64,000 bases of DNA. Source: Chloroflexota bacterium (GTDB taxonomy: Bacteria; Chloroflexota; Chloroflexia; QHBQ01). The DNA lies in contig JAYUUN010000093.1 in assembly GCA_043754535.1 (NCBI GenBank), positions 19,590 through 83,589 of the forward strand, given 5' to 3'. Positions 9,109 to 18,961 of the stretch are shown here, piece by piece. A program made the translations under genes and the position numbers. How positions within the stretch are numbered: the stretch's first letter is position 1; every line of letters begins with the position of its first letter. The notes beneath the pieces were generated by a model. It searched no databases. It saw only the letters and a list, made by a program, of their open reading frames with translations, and was not told where the DNA came from.

Positions 9109-9519
9109 TTAGGGGATACGGGTTGCAGTCGGGCCAGCGGGGGCAGCAGTAGGCTTGACCGGGTTGTTGCCCCGCCGTGGGGGGATGATCAGCTTCTGGC
9201 CGATGCTCAGGTTATTGGGGTCACTCAGGTTATTGGCAGCCACCAGATCGTCAACCGTCACATCGAACTTGAGCGCAATTGCACCGAGCGTGTCGCCCGC
9301 CTGCACCGTGTAGTAGGTGGCGGCGATGGTTGGTGCAGAGACCGGGCTGGTAGTTGGCGTAGGTAGCGGATTAACCTCGTTGACCTGTACGTAGTTGGCG
9401 GGCGTGCCAGGGCCGGGGCCACTGCCGCCGCTGCAACCCGCCAGCAGCAGGCAGAGCAGGAGGGCGAGGGGGGGTTGCCAGCCCAAAGGTGTCTTCTTGC
9501 GGGTCACGCTGTGCCTCAA
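9109..9519 (-). CDS. LysM-domain lipoprotein
   Basis: The signal peptide has an LLAGC lipobox. The C-terminal LysM motif is YYTVQAGDTLGAIALKFDVTVDDLVAANNL...GQKLIIP. Confidence 0.75.
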   Translation of the reverse strand: MRHSVTRKKTPLGWQPPLALLLCLLLAGCSGGSGPGPGTPANYVQVNEVNPLPTPTTSPVSAPTIAATYYTVQAGDTLGAIALKFDVTVDDLVAANNLSDPNNLSIGQKLIIPPRRGNNPVKPTAAPAGPTATRIP

Positions 9520-10091
9520 TGCTCGCTAGAGTATTCGCCAGTGGATGGTAGGCCAGGTGTAGGCTGCGGTGGGCCGTTGGTTAGTGGCACCTGCAAGATC
9601 AGGCCAGGGTAGATCGCGGGGTTGTTGCGGTCAAGCTGCGGGTTAACCGCCAGGATGTCGGCGGGAGTCGTCCCCAGGTTTGCGGCAATACTTGCCAGCG
9701 TGTCGCCTTGCTCGACAACGTAAAGCAGGGTAGAGGGGTAGATCAAGATTGGCTCTTGACCAGCAATGTAGGCAGTAGTCTCCGCCCCACCTCCACCAGT
9801 GGCATTGCTGCTAGGCTGTGGATTGACGCTGACCCCAGCGAGAGGCACTACCGCTGCCTGCCTTTGCGGGGTGGCAGTTACCTTTGCTGCTGGCCGGTTA
9901 GCCACCGTAGCTGCCTGGCCGACGGTGACGATTTGCAGCCCCTTGCCCCAGTTGCTGATCACGGTCGTCACCGCGATGGTGCCAACTACCAGCAGGATAG
10001 ATAGCACTGCGACGTTGCCGAGGCAGCTACTCAGTAGACTCTTTCTCTTTGACTTGGGCTTGCCGCCGCCACCGCCGCCATGTTCAGCCAT
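9516..10091 (-). CDS. LysM-domain membrane-anchored protein
   Basis: It has a basic N-terminus, one TM helix and a LysM motif (YVVEQGDTLASIAANLGTTPADILAVNPQL...GLILQVP). It overlaps the downstream LysM gene by 4 bp. Confidence 0.7.
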   Translation of the reverse strand: MAEHGGGGGGKPKSKRKSLLSSCLGNVAVLSILLVVGTIAVTTVISNWGKGLQIVTVGQAATVANRPAAKVTATPQRQAAVVPLAGVSVNPQPSSNATGGGGAETTAYIAGQEPILIYPSTLLYVVEQGDTLASIAANLGTTPADILAVNPQLDRNNPAIYPGLILQVPLTNGPPQPTPGLPSTGEYSSEH

Positions 10092-10226
10092 TGCCTTGCT
10101 CCTCTAGATCGGGTCGCGTCTGCTCACAATTGGTAACGATCCCACCTGCTGCCATGTTATGTCTATCAGAGATGATTGTAGCAGAGAACAGGCCACCATG
10201 TCAATAGGTATGAGGCCGCACTTTGC

Positions 10227-10255
10227 TTGACAGCTTTGATGGTTGAGGGTACACT
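10227..10255 (+). promoter_or_regulatory. sigma70-type promoter, TTGACA-17-TACACT
   Basis: It lies 36 nt upstream of the asnB ATG at 10291. Confidence 0.5.
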
Positions 10256-10290
10256 TTGGCAGGCTTTCTTTAGCTGAGAGGAGCAAGGCG

Positions 10291-12237
10291 ATGTGTGGCA
10301 TTGCGGGGGTCTACAACTTGGGCGGCGGGCAGGCGACAGCCGCGCAACTGGCAGCAATGAGCGGGGTGATCCGCCACCGGGGGCCGGACGACGAGGGCTT
10401 CTACCAGTCTGCTGAAGGGCGGCTAGGCTTTGCCTTTCGGCGGCTGGCGATCCTTGACCTTTCGCCCAGCGGCCACCAACCAATGGCCGCCGCAGGTGGT
10501 CGCTATCGGATCATCTTCAATGGAGAGTTTTACAACTACAAGGAGGTTGCCGCTGAACTTGCGCGCAAGGGCTATAGCTTCCGCTCCACTGGCGACACCG
10601 AGGTGCTGGTCAACGCCTATGCCGAGTGGGGGCCAGCCTGTCTCAGCCGCCTGAACGGGATGTTCGCGTTCGCCCTCTGGGACGAGCAGCGGCAGCATCT
10701 GCTGATCGCCCGTGACCGCATGGGCATCAAGCCACTCTACTACTGGTACGACGCGGCCAGCCAATCATTGGTCTTCGGCAGCGAGATCAAGGCGATCCTG
10801 CAAGATTGCCGCGTGCCACGCGAGCCTGACCCCGCCGCCATTGCCGAGTACGCCCGCTTCATGTATGTTACTAGCGACCGCACCTGGTTCGCGGGCATCC
10901 GCCAGTTGCCGCCCGGTTGCTACCTCGAACTGGGGCCGGAGACCGAGGGCTTGCAGGTGCGCCGCTGGTGGGACTTGCCGAGCGAGGAGGACGGGCAAAA
11001 TCTACGAAGCGAGGATGAGTACATCACCGACCTGCGCGCTCTCCTACGCGACGCGGTGAAGTTGCACCTGCGGAGTGACGTGCCAGTGGGCGCGCACCTC
11101 AGCGGCGGGCTGGACAGCAGCAGCATCGTCGCCCTGGTCAGCAACCAGTTGCAGGCAAGTGGGGCTGGGCCGCTCAAGACCTTCTCTGGTGCCTTCGCCG
11201 AGGGAGCAGCCTACGACGAGCGAGCTTACATCAACCTGGTTGCCAACCGTTACCAGACCGACCACCACGAGACCATCCCCAGCGCAGCCGACCTGCCCGC
11301 TGTGTTCGACAAGCTGATCTGGCACATGGACTACCCGACTGTCGGCCCAGGACTGCTGCCCCAATACTTCGTCTGCAAACTGACGGCGGAGAACGGGGTA
11401 ATCGTGGTCAACGGTGGGCAGGGCGGTGACGAGTTGTTCGCAGGCTACTTCCGCTACGTGCCACCCTACCTGCGCGGCAAGCTAGCAACCCTGCGCCAAC
11501 ATCCCGCTGCTGCCGCCGGCTTGCTAGCCGACGCGGGCCGCATCGCCAGCCGCGCAGCACTGCGCGACCTGGCCCTCAATCGCACTCGACGCAAGATAGT
11601 GAATGAGGGCAATATGGCCCTGCTGGTCGCCGAGGCCCAGGCAGCCTTGCCAGAGCGCGACCCTGGCAGCAACCCTGGCAGCAACCCGCTGCAACGCGCC
11701 CTTTATTGGGATATGCGTAACTACCTGCCCGCTCTCTTGCACGTAGAGGATCGCACCAGCATGAGTGTTTCGCTTGAGAGTCGGGTACCGCTGCTCGACT
11801 ACCGCATCGTAGAGTTGGCAGCACGCATCCCTGCTGCGCTCAAGCTCAAAGGTTTGGAGACGAAGCGGATCATGCGGCGAGCGGTCGCTCCCCTACTCCC
11901 CCCGCAGATCGTACAGCGGCGCGATAAGAAGGGCTTCCCCACCCCGATTGATCTTTGGTTCAGCGGCCCGCTCTACGAGTGGGTATGCGACCAGCTAACC
12001 GACCTCAGCCCCACCGCCGCCGCGTTGCTCGACCAGCAGCACTTGCGCCAACTCCTACGTGAGCAGCAGCAGCATGACCACAGCCGCGCCCTCTGGATGG
12101 CCCTCAGCATCAACGCCTGGTGCCGCCAGTTTATAGACGACTTTGTGCCATTCAGCCCCACTTTGCTCCCGACGAAGGGGGGGCAAGAAGAGAGCTACCC
12201 CTTTGAAGGAGAGGAGAGGATGACTGCTGCGCGATGA
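10291..12237 (+). CDS. asnB: asparagine synthetase B family (glutamine-hydrolysing) amidotransferase
   Basis: The protein must start MCGIAGV, because the class-II glutaminase needs an Ntn Cys2; GAGGAG lies 7 nt upstream. The synthetase domain has the SGGLDSS PP-loop. The track start at 10243 is an upstream extension. Its position next to glycosyltransferases suggests a glycan-amidation role. Confidence 0.9.
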   Translation: MCGIAGVYNLGGGQATAAQLAAMSGVIRHRGPDDEGFYQSAEGRLGFAFRRLAILDLSPSGHQPMAAAGGRYRIIFNGEFYNYKEVAAELARKGYSFRSTGDTEVLVNAYAEWGPACLSRLNGMFAFALWDEQRQHLLIARDRMGIKPLYYWYDAASQSLVFGSEIKAILQDCRVPREPDPAAIAEYARFMYVTSDRTWFAGIRQLPPGCYLELGPETEGLQVRRWWDLPSEEDGQNLRSEDEYITDLRALLRDAVKLHLRSDVPVGAHLSGGLDSSSIVALVSNQLQASGAGPLKTFSGAFAEGAAYDERAYINLVANRYQTDHHETIPSAADLPAVFDKLIWHMDYPTVGPGLLPQYFVCKLTAENGVIVVNGGQGGDELFAGYFRYVPPYLRGKLATLRQHPAAAAGLLADAGRIASRAALRDLALNRTRRKIVNEGNMALLVAEAQAALPERDPGSNPGSNPLQRALYWDMRNYLPALLHVEDRTSMSVSLESRVPLLDYRIVELAARIPAALKLKGLETKRIMRRAVAPLLPPQIVQRRDKKGFPTPIDLWFSGPLYEWVCDQLTDLSPTAAALLDQQHLRQLLREQQQHDHSRALWMALSINAWCRQFIDDFVPFSPTLLPTKGGQEESYPFEGEERMTAAR

Positions 12238-13466
12238 AAATCCTTTACCTCAGCCAGTACTTCCCGCCCGAAGTGGGGGCGACCCAAACCCGTGCCTACG
12301 AGATGGCTCGCTACCTGGCCGCACAGGGGCATCAGGTGACGATGCTCACCGAGGTGCCGAACCACCCCAGCGGCATCATCCCAGCAGAGTATCGGCGGAC
12401 GGTAGCCGACTTCAGCACGCTAGAAGGCATCCGCGTAGTGCGCCTCTGGGTGCTAGCCAGCCCCAAAAAGAGCTTCTTGCGCCGCATCAGCTTCTATCTC
12501 AGTTACACCGCCATGGCGACCTGGGCTAGCCTGTTCCTGCGCGGCAAGTACGACGTGATCGTGGCAACCTCACCGCCCCTGTTTGTCGGGCTGGCGGGGG
12601 TGCTGGTCAGCTACCTGAAGCGGACGAAGCTGGTTTTTGAGGTGCGCGACATCTGGCCGGAGTCGGCGGTGATCCTGGGGGAACTGAACAACCCACGAGC
12701 GATCAAGCTGTCCGAAGCTATCGAGCAATGGTGCTACCGCCGCGCCCGCCAGATCGTAGTCGTCACCGAGGGCATCCGCCAGCGTCTCATTGCACGTGGC
12801 CTGTCGGCAAAGAAGCTGCACCTGATCATGAATGGCGCAAACGTCAGCCAGTTCCAGCCGCAGCCAGAGCAAGCCGCCGTCCTACGCCACAAGTTGGGGC
12901 TGGAGGGTAAGTTCGTTGTCCTCTATGCGGGCATCCACGGCATTGCACAGGGCATGGAGACGCTAGTAGAGGTTGCACGGCTACTGCGCGATGAAAGCAG
13001 CATCCACTTTCTTTTTGTTGGTGAGGGGCCGAAGAAGGAGGAAACTACCGCCCTGGTACGCGCCCTGGCCCTACCCAATGTCACTCTGGTGGGCGAACGT
13101 CCGCGTGAGCAGATGGCAGCCTACCTTAGCCTGGCTGACAGCAGCCTGGTGCCGCTAAAGAAAGTAGCCTTGTTCGAGGGAGCCTTGCCGAGCAAGATGT
13201 TCGAGGCACTGGCCTGCTCCACCCCAGTCATCCTCAGCGTAGGTGGCGAGGCTACTCGCGTGCTGGGGGAGATGCAGGCGGGGATCGCAGTTGAGCCAGA
13301 GAGCGCAGCCCAGATCGTCGAGGCGATTCGCTGGCTGCAAGCCCACCCGAACGAGGCGCGCTTGATGGGCGCAAGGGGCCGCGCCGCAGTCACTGCCCAC
13401 TATTCGCGGCAGGCGCAGGCCGCCGAGTTGACCTCCCTGCTAGAACAGGTAGTGGCCGAACGGTAA
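12234..13466 (+). CDS. glycosyltransferase family 4 (WcaI/WbuB-like)
   Basis: The N-terminus MKILYLSQYFPPEVGATQTRAYEMARYLAAQGHQVTMLT and the C-terminal GT4 EX7E-type region (VPLKK...FEGALPSKMFEALACSTPVI) are both present. It overlaps asnB by 4 bp. Confidence 0.85.
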   Translation: MKILYLSQYFPPEVGATQTRAYEMARYLAAQGHQVTMLTEVPNHPSGIIPAEYRRTVADFSTLEGIRVVRLWVLASPKKSFLRRISFYLSYTAMATWASLFLRGKYDVIVATSPPLFVGLAGVLVSYLKRTKLVFEVRDIWPESAVILGELNNPRAIKLSEAIEQWCYRRARQIVVVTEGIRQRLIARGLSAKKLHLIMNGANVSQFQPQPEQAAVLRHKLGLEGKFVVLYAGIHGIAQGMETLVEVARLLRDESSIHFLFVGEGPKKEETTALVRALALPNVTLVGERPREQMAAYLSLADSSLVPLKKVALFEGALPSKMFEALACSTPVILSVGGEATRVLGEMQAGIAVEPESAAQIVEAIRWLQAHPNEARLMGARGRAAVTAHYSRQAQAAELTSLLEQVVAER

Positions 13467-13477
13467 GCGGTGATGGA

Positions 13478-13488
13478 TGTGGTATAAT
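13478..13488 (+). promoter_or_regulatory. extended -10 element TGTGGTATAAT
   Basis: It lies directly after the GT4 stop, about 100 nt upstream of the 1410-aa gene. Confidence 0.45.
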
Positions 13489-13591
13489 GGCGGCAAGATG
13501 ATGGCAGTTTGTAGAGGCAGGCTTAGCCTCCCCAGGAGTGGGATCAGTATGGTTGAGCATGGCACGAGCAGCTTGAAGGAGATGATTGTAG

Positions 13592-16500
13592 ATGAGCCAA
13601 CGTGTCCGCGTCTCAGCGGTCAAACATTATGACCCCGCCAGCCCCGACCCAACAGATGAGGAGGAGCTAGCTGTCCTGCCAATAGAGGCTGGCCCACCCG
13701 TCAGCGAGCTAGAAGCTAGCAATGCGGCTAGCGAAGCTAATCAGCCCGCTGCGCACGCTGACCTGGATGCAACCACTGCCACAGTCGCCGAGCAGGTTGC
13801 CAGCCCCGAACTGGTTGAGGTCGAGACCACACCCACCAGCGAGTCGCTTGGGGCTGAGGTCACCGCCGAGCAAGTGCATCGCTCCTTGCTACCGGCTATC
13901 GTCATCCCCGCCCAATTCACCTGGCCGCTCTGGGTAGTGCGTCTGCTGCTGGTCGCGAGTGGGATTGGGCTTGGCATCTTCGGCCAGCTACGCTTGGAGC
14001 AGGCGCGGGCCGTCGCTTCGGTGCTGCCAGAGAACGCCTGGCTGCCCTTCATCGCTGGGGCGGTGCTGCTCGTCCTCGGTGCCTGGAACACGCCCACGCT
14101 GCTAACCGCAGTGCCAGCCCCCGCCCGCACCCTCTTTGGCGGCAATAGCCTCTGGTGGCTGGCGGGCGTGATGCTGGTCGCCGCGATTGCCTTCGTTGGC
14201 AACAGCCTGGTCTTCTTCAACAAGCTGAACACCATCACCGCCGACCCAGTGCAGACTCCAATCGACAGCGACCCTGGCACTCCCGCCTGGCTGTTCTTCC
14301 TGGCGGGTCTTGCCTGCTTTGGCCTGGCCCTGATCATCTGGGAGATCGGGGCGGGGCGGCGCGGTGGCGCACTCTCCGCCGACCCCGGCCCTGATCAGCT
14401 ACCGCGCTGGCTAGAAGGGTTGGTGCTGGCAGGCTTCTTCCTTGCTGCCCTCTTTGTGCGCTTCAACAACCTGGACAATGCCCCCCCTGGCCTCTGGTTT
14501 GACGAGGCGCAGAACGGCATCGTGGGCCAGCAGATCGTGGCTGGGGCCGCCGCGCCCCACCCGCTGTTCATCACCGGCTACACGCAGATGGGCGCGTTGT
14601 TCTTCTACCTGCAAGGGTTGCTGCTCAAGTTCTTTGGTGCGCAGATTTACCTGCTGCGGGTGTTGCCTGCCTTCGCTGGTGCAATCGCCGTGCCAATCAT
14701 CTACGTGCTGGCCTCGCGGCTCTACGGCTGGCGGACAGGCCTCGCTGCCGCCGCCTTCCTTTGCTTCAGCATCTGGAGCATCACCATGAGCCGCTTTGGG
14801 GTCGCCACCATCGTCACCACCACTCTCGACCTGGCGGTGATCACCTGCCTGGTGCTGGCCCTCCGCAGCGGGCGGCTGGGCTGGTATGGGCTGGCGGGGC
14901 TGCTGCTGGGCCTCAACCTGCATATGTACTATGGCGCACGGGTGCTGCCGCTGGTGATCGTCGCCGTCTTTGCCCACAAGCTAGTCAGCGAACGGTGGCG
15001 GTTCATCAAGGGCATCCGCTATGGGGTGCCGCTGTTCGTGATCGGCGCGCTGCTAGGCTTCGCCCCAATGGGCCTCTACGCCCTGCAACACCCTGGCGAG
15101 TTCTGGGGGCGCATCAACACCGTGGTCGCGGGGGGTGGTTCGGGAGCGGCAGGCATCTTCGCCAGCTTCCAGACTCCTGACGTGCAGATGAGCTTGCAGA
15201 AGCATCTGCTGATGTTCAACTGGGTCGGCGACGCGAACCCACGCCACAACTTCGCAGGGCTACCGATGCTGGACACAGTGGTGGCGGGCCTGTTCCTACT
15301 CGGCCTCGGCTACTGCGTCGCCCACTTCTGGCGGTGGCAGTACTTCTTCCCTGTCGTTTGGCTTGGCACTGAGATGCTGGGTGGTATCCTCTCGGTCTCC
15401 TTCGAGGCCCCGCAAGGCCACCGCACGATGGAGAATATGGTGACAACTGCGCTCCTGGCGGGCATTGCCGCTGGTGCCGCCCTCAATGCGCTGCGTAGCC
15501 CCTGGCTGGCCCGTCTTCGCACGCCACAACCAGCAGACCTCAGCCTCAAGCGGGTTGCCGCCGTTCCGCCAGTGGTGGTCGTTGACCAGCCACGCCGTCT
15601 GCGCCTGCGGATCGGGCAGGGGGTGGCAGCAGTGTTGGTGCTGGTGATGGCGGTGCAACTGGCGGGTACTGCCCTCGCCCGTTACGATCGCCAATCGCGC
15701 GCAACCCCTACCTGGCTTGAGATGTATGGCACCCAGTTGAGTGTCGCCCGCTTGCTGCTCAAGTACGACAAGGCTTATGAGTTCTACGTTTCGCCCCGCT
15801 ACATCGGCCTGCCACCGCAAGCCTTCCTTGCTCCAAATATCAACCCGCCGCGTACCTACGATGGTGCTTGGGCCTTGCCCTTCGATATCACAGGCCGCGA
15901 TGTAGGCATCATTGCCGACTTGGAAAGCTCGGCGGACATGGCCCGGATGTACAAACTCTACCCCAACGCCAGCTACACCGTCATCTACCCACCCAGCGAC
16001 CAGAACCCAGTGCAGTACGTGACCCTGCTCAAGGAGAGCGACCTGAACGCGATCAGGGGTGTTCATCTGCTTACCTACGCTGCCGACGCGGGCGCAGACC
16101 CTAAACCTACTAGCGACAAGTACGAGCCGAGCCTGAAGCACCAGTGGCTAGCGGCAGACGGTAAGTTCCCCCTGCGCGCGCGCTTTGAGGCCACTATGCG
16201 CCTGGCGAACAGCAGCACCGCCAGCTTCTATCTGGAAGGTGCGCCGGTCAGCGCGACAGTGACGGTGGATGGCTTCCCTGGGGGGACTGCTCGCTACGTC
16301 GCGGCTGGCTTGCACACTGTTGTGGTCGAGCAGACGGTAGCGGCGGCGGGTGGTCAGACGCACTTGCTGATGGATGCGAACGGCAGCGTTGGCCTGGAGA
16401 TAGCCCCGGAAAGCCTGTTCAAGCCGTCGGTGGAAGTTCGTGGCCTGACCGGCAACTACTACGCTGGCGGCAACGTGGCTGGCCCGCCGACGCTAGCGCG

Positions 16501-17824
16501 GATTGACCCGTTTATCTCCTTCTACTATCACCTGACCCCGATGGGCCGACCCTACGCCATCCAGTGGACGGGTAAGCTGTACATCCCAACCGACGGCAGC
16601 TACAACATCGCCACTGAGCAGATCAGCCGCTCGACCCTCGAAGTGGATGGACAACTGGGTATCACCAACAACGCCTTCAACAGCCTGGCCGAACAGTCCT
16701 TTACTCTCAAGCGCGGCTTCCACGACATTCGCCTAACCTTCTACGACACAGATGGTGGTTCGCATATGTTCCTCTACTGGACACCGCCCAGCGGCGAACG
16801 GACGATCATCCCTTCGGCCTTCCTCTGGCCGGTGCAAGGCAGCTACCCTGCGCTGGATGCACCAGGGTTGCCGACGCTGGCCGAGGCTACTGGCCGCCTG
16901 CCCCAGGACAAGCTGGCGAAGGATATGCCGCCCGCACCTACCCCTGTGCCGCAGCCAGCCCAACAGCCCCAGCAGCCCAGCGGACAGCCAACCCAGCCGC
17001 CAGCGGGCGAGAAGCTCGATCTACCCGCCGCCACTGTCCTTACTGCGCGGGCCACGATCAATCTTGAGGGAGAAGCTCCCGTGCGTGGGGTGGCGGCTGA
17101 CACGAAGGGTAACATCTATGTGCTAGCTGGTGGCGAGAGCAAGATACACAAGTACGACGCTGGTGGCAAGGAGCTAACCTCCTGGACGGTGGAGAAAGGA
17201 GGGCAGGTGGCTAAAGACCCCACAGCTATCTCCATTGCTGGCGAGCGCGTGGTGGTGCTGGACGCAGCGACCGCCAACCTCCTCAGCTACGACCTGAACG
17301 GCAAGCCGCTTTCGGTGGTGCAAGCCTGCGCCTGCTTCAACCCGCGCGACATGATCGCCCTGGTGGACGGTAGCTACTGGCTGGCGGACACCGGCCTCAA
17401 CCGCCTGATCCACGTGGACAACCAGGGCAAGGAGCTTGGCGTTGTCGGCCAACAGGGGAGTGAGGGCGGCCAGTTGCTCGAACCAGCCGCCGTCTGGCAA
17501 GACAGGGAGGGCAACCTCTACAGCTACGACAGTGGCAACAAGCGGCTGCAACGCTTCGACCGTAGCGGTCACTTCCTAGCCCAGTGGCCCTTCTACCCCA
17601 GCCCACCGCTAAACGGGACGCGCATCAGCGGCAACGACAAGTACATCTTTGTTACCGCCCCAGGCCAGAGCATGATCGTCGGCTATGACCACGAAGGCAA
17701 GGGGCCAGTGACCTGGCAGCCGAGCGGCAAGAGCGCACAACCGAGCGCGATCACCGCCACTGGCAGCGGCTTTGCCGTCGCTTACCCGAAGGAGCAGCGG
17801 GTTTTGCTATTCGACTTGCCCTGA
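13592..17824 (+). CDS. giant membrane glycosyltransferase: PMT/ArnT-like GT-C multi-TM domain + PA14 domain + NHL-repeat beta-propeller
   Basis: 1410 aa. The acidic N-terminus is followed by about 12 TM helices, with the GT-C 'DE' motif in the first external loop (GLWFDEAQNG). A PA14-like segment follows (GLTGNYYAGGNVAGPPTLARIDPFISFYYHL...IQWTGKLYIPTDGSYNIA...LYWTPPSG). Then comes a Pro/Gln linker and C-terminal NHL repeats (GNIYVLAGGESKIHKYD; GNLYSYDSGNKRLQRFD). Confidence 0.8.
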   Translation: MSQRVRVSAVKHYDPASPDPTDEEELAVLPIEAGPPVSELEASNAASEANQPAAHADLDATTATVAEQVASPELVEVETTPTSESLGAEVTAEQVHRSLLPAIVIPAQFTWPLWVVRLLLVASGIGLGIFGQLRLEQARAVASVLPENAWLPFIAGAVLLVLGAWNTPTLLTAVPAPARTLFGGNSLWWLAGVMLVAAIAFVGNSLVFFNKLNTITADPVQTPIDSDPGTPAWLFFLAGLACFGLALIIWEIGAGRRGGALSADPGPDQLPRWLEGLVLAGFFLAALFVRFNNLDNAPPGLWFDEAQNGIVGQQIVAGAAAPHPLFITGYTQMGALFFYLQGLLLKFFGAQIYLLRVLPAFAGAIAVPIIYVLASRLYGWRTGLAAAAFLCFSIWSITMSRFGVATIVTTTLDLAVITCLVLALRSGRLGWYGLAGLLLGLNLHMYYGARVLPLVIVAVFAHKLVSERWRFIKGIRYGVPLFVIGALLGFAPMGLYALQHPGEFWGRINTVVAGGGSGAAGIFASFQTPDVQMSLQKHLLMFNWVGDANPRHNFAGLPMLDTVVAGLFLLGLGYCVAHFWRWQYFFPVVWLGTEMLGGILSVSFEAPQGHRTMENMVTTALLAGIAAGAALNALRSPWLARLRTPQPADLSLKRVAAVPPVVVVDQPRRLRLRIGQGVAAVLVLVMAVQLAGTALARYDRQSRATPTWLEMYGTQLSVARLLLKYDKAYEFYVSPRYIGLPPQAFLAPNINPPRTYDGAWALPFDITGRDVGIIADLESSADMARMYKLYPNASYTVIYPPSDQNPVQYVTLLKESDLNAIRGVHLLTYAADAGADPKPTSDKYEPSLKHQWLAADGKFPLRARFEATMRLANSSTASFYLEGAPVSATVTVDGFPGGTARYVAAGLHTVVVEQTVAAAGGQTHLLMDANGSVGLEIAPESLFKPSVEVRGLTGNYYAGGNVAGPPTLARIDPFISFYYHLTPMGRPYAIQWTGKLYIPTDGSYNIATEQISRSTLEVDGQLGITNNAFNSLAEQSFTLKRGFHDIRLTFYDTDGGSHMFLYWTPPSGERTIIPSAFLWPVQGSYPALDAPGLPTLAEATGRLPQDKLAKDMPPAPTPVPQPAQQPQQPSGQPTQPPAGEKLDLPAATVLTARATINLEGEAPVRGVAADTKGNIYVLAGGESKIHKYDAGGKELTSWTVEKGGQVAKDPTAISIAGERVVVLDAATANLLSYDLNGKPLSVVQACACFNPRDMIALVDGSYWLADTGLNRLIHVDNQGKELGVVGQQGSEGGQLLEPAAVWQDREGNLYSYDSGNKRLQRFDRSGHFLAQWPFYPSPPLNGTRISGNDKYIFVTAPGQSMIVGYDHEGKGPVTWQPSGKSAQPSAITATGSGFAVAYPKEQRVLLFDLP

Positions 17825-17843
17825 ACCGCAGCGCGCAACTAGC

Positions 17844-17883
17844 AAAAAGAAACCCCGTCCCTCAACCAGGGAACGGGGTTTCG
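17844..17883. terminator. bidirectional intrinsic terminator between convergent genes
   Basis: aaaaaga-aaccccgtccc-tcaacc-agggaacggggtt. The T-tract is on the minus strand. Confidence 0.55.
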
Positions 17884-17893
17884 CTTGCCGCTA

Positions 17894-18961
17894 CTAAGCC
17901 TCACGCTCCGTCTGCTTCTCCGCGTAGATGGTGAGCGTCGCACCCTGGCGCAGGGCAGCGGCCAGTAGGGTTGCTGGTATGCTGACCACGCCTAGCAGGC
18001 CACCGAGCAGGATGGTAGCGGCCACCTGGGGCGCAAGGTTGCCAGCCCCCTCGTCGGCCCCGATCACCTTTGCGGTACGCCCACGCAGGAGATTGTAGAG
18101 CAGATTAGGGCGTAGGCCGAGGCGGTTGAGGGTCGATTGCACAAAGCTGAAGCTATCAAACTCCGGGGCGAAGAACTGCATCCTTCGTACCCGCAGGCCC
18201 GTGCGCTTGAGGGCGCGTCGCAGCGAGTGGGGGGTGAAGTGGTTGAGGTGGCGCGGCACATCCAGGTGGAACCACTTGTCGCCGCTGACCCGCGCTTCGA
18301 GGCTGGCGAAGTTCGGCACACCGATCAGGAAGATACCGCCAGGGCGCAGCAGTCGGTTGACCTCGCGCATGGTGGCGGCGGGGTCGATCACGTGTTCCAG
18401 CACGTGCCACATTACTACCGCGTCAAAGTGGCCGCTAGGGAAGTGCTGATCGGCAAGGTCGCCAACCTGCACTGGCAGGCCCAGCACCTCGCGGGGGTAG
18501 CTAGCTGATCCCTCGCTCAACTCCGTTCCCACAACATCCCAGCCCAGCTTCTGCAATTGGGCGAGCAAGAGACCACGCCCGCAGCCGACATCTAGCACCC
18601 GCCCTGGCTGGCCGCCGTTCATCAGCGTCAACTGGCGCGCGCGGTAGCGATAGAGGGCATCTTGCAGCCGCTCGATCACGCTGGGGAAGCGTTTGTCGCG
18701 GTGGGTGCCGTAGTAGCCAGCCGGGTAGTAGGCGGCCAGTTCTTTCGGCGCAGGGGTGGGCTGAGTCTGCGCCCAGCCATGCTCCGCATTGACCACGATC
18801 TCGAACTGCTCGTGAGTGATGTAGTCGGTGGCAGCGAACAGCCGCCGCGGGCTGGGGGTCTGCGGCTGGCTGGCCTCTTGCCTGGCACCGCTGCTCTCTG
18901 GGCTAGCCGCATCCGCTTCACTTAGGTTCATCGTTGCTTCCTCTGGTATGCTACTGATCAT
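17894..18961 (-). CDS. class I SAM-dependent methyltransferase (Methyltransf_11/23-like)
   Basis: Motif I is VLDVGCGRGLL and the acidic loop is DAVVMWHVLEHV. Its start codon shares one nucleotide with the stop of the upstream GT2 gene (TAATG). It is a paralog of the methyltransferase at 39740..40525. Confidence 0.8.
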   Translation of the reverse strand: MISSIPEEATMNLSEADAASPESSGARQEASQPQTPSPRRLFAATDYITHEQFEIVVNAEHGWAQTQPTPAPKELAAYYPAGYYGTHRDKRFPSVIERLQDALYRYRARQLTLMNGGQPGRVLDVGCGRGLLLAQLQKLGWDVVGTELSEGSASYPREVLGLPVQVGDLADQHFPSGHFDAVVMWHVLEHVIDPAATMREVNRLLRPGGIFLIGVPNFASLEARVSGDKWFHLDVPRHLNHFTPHSLRRALKRTGLRVRRMQFFAPEFDSFSFVQSTLNRLGLRPNLLYNLLRGRTAKVIGADEGAGNLAPQVAATILLGGLLGVVSIPATLLAAALRQGATLTIYAEKQTEREA

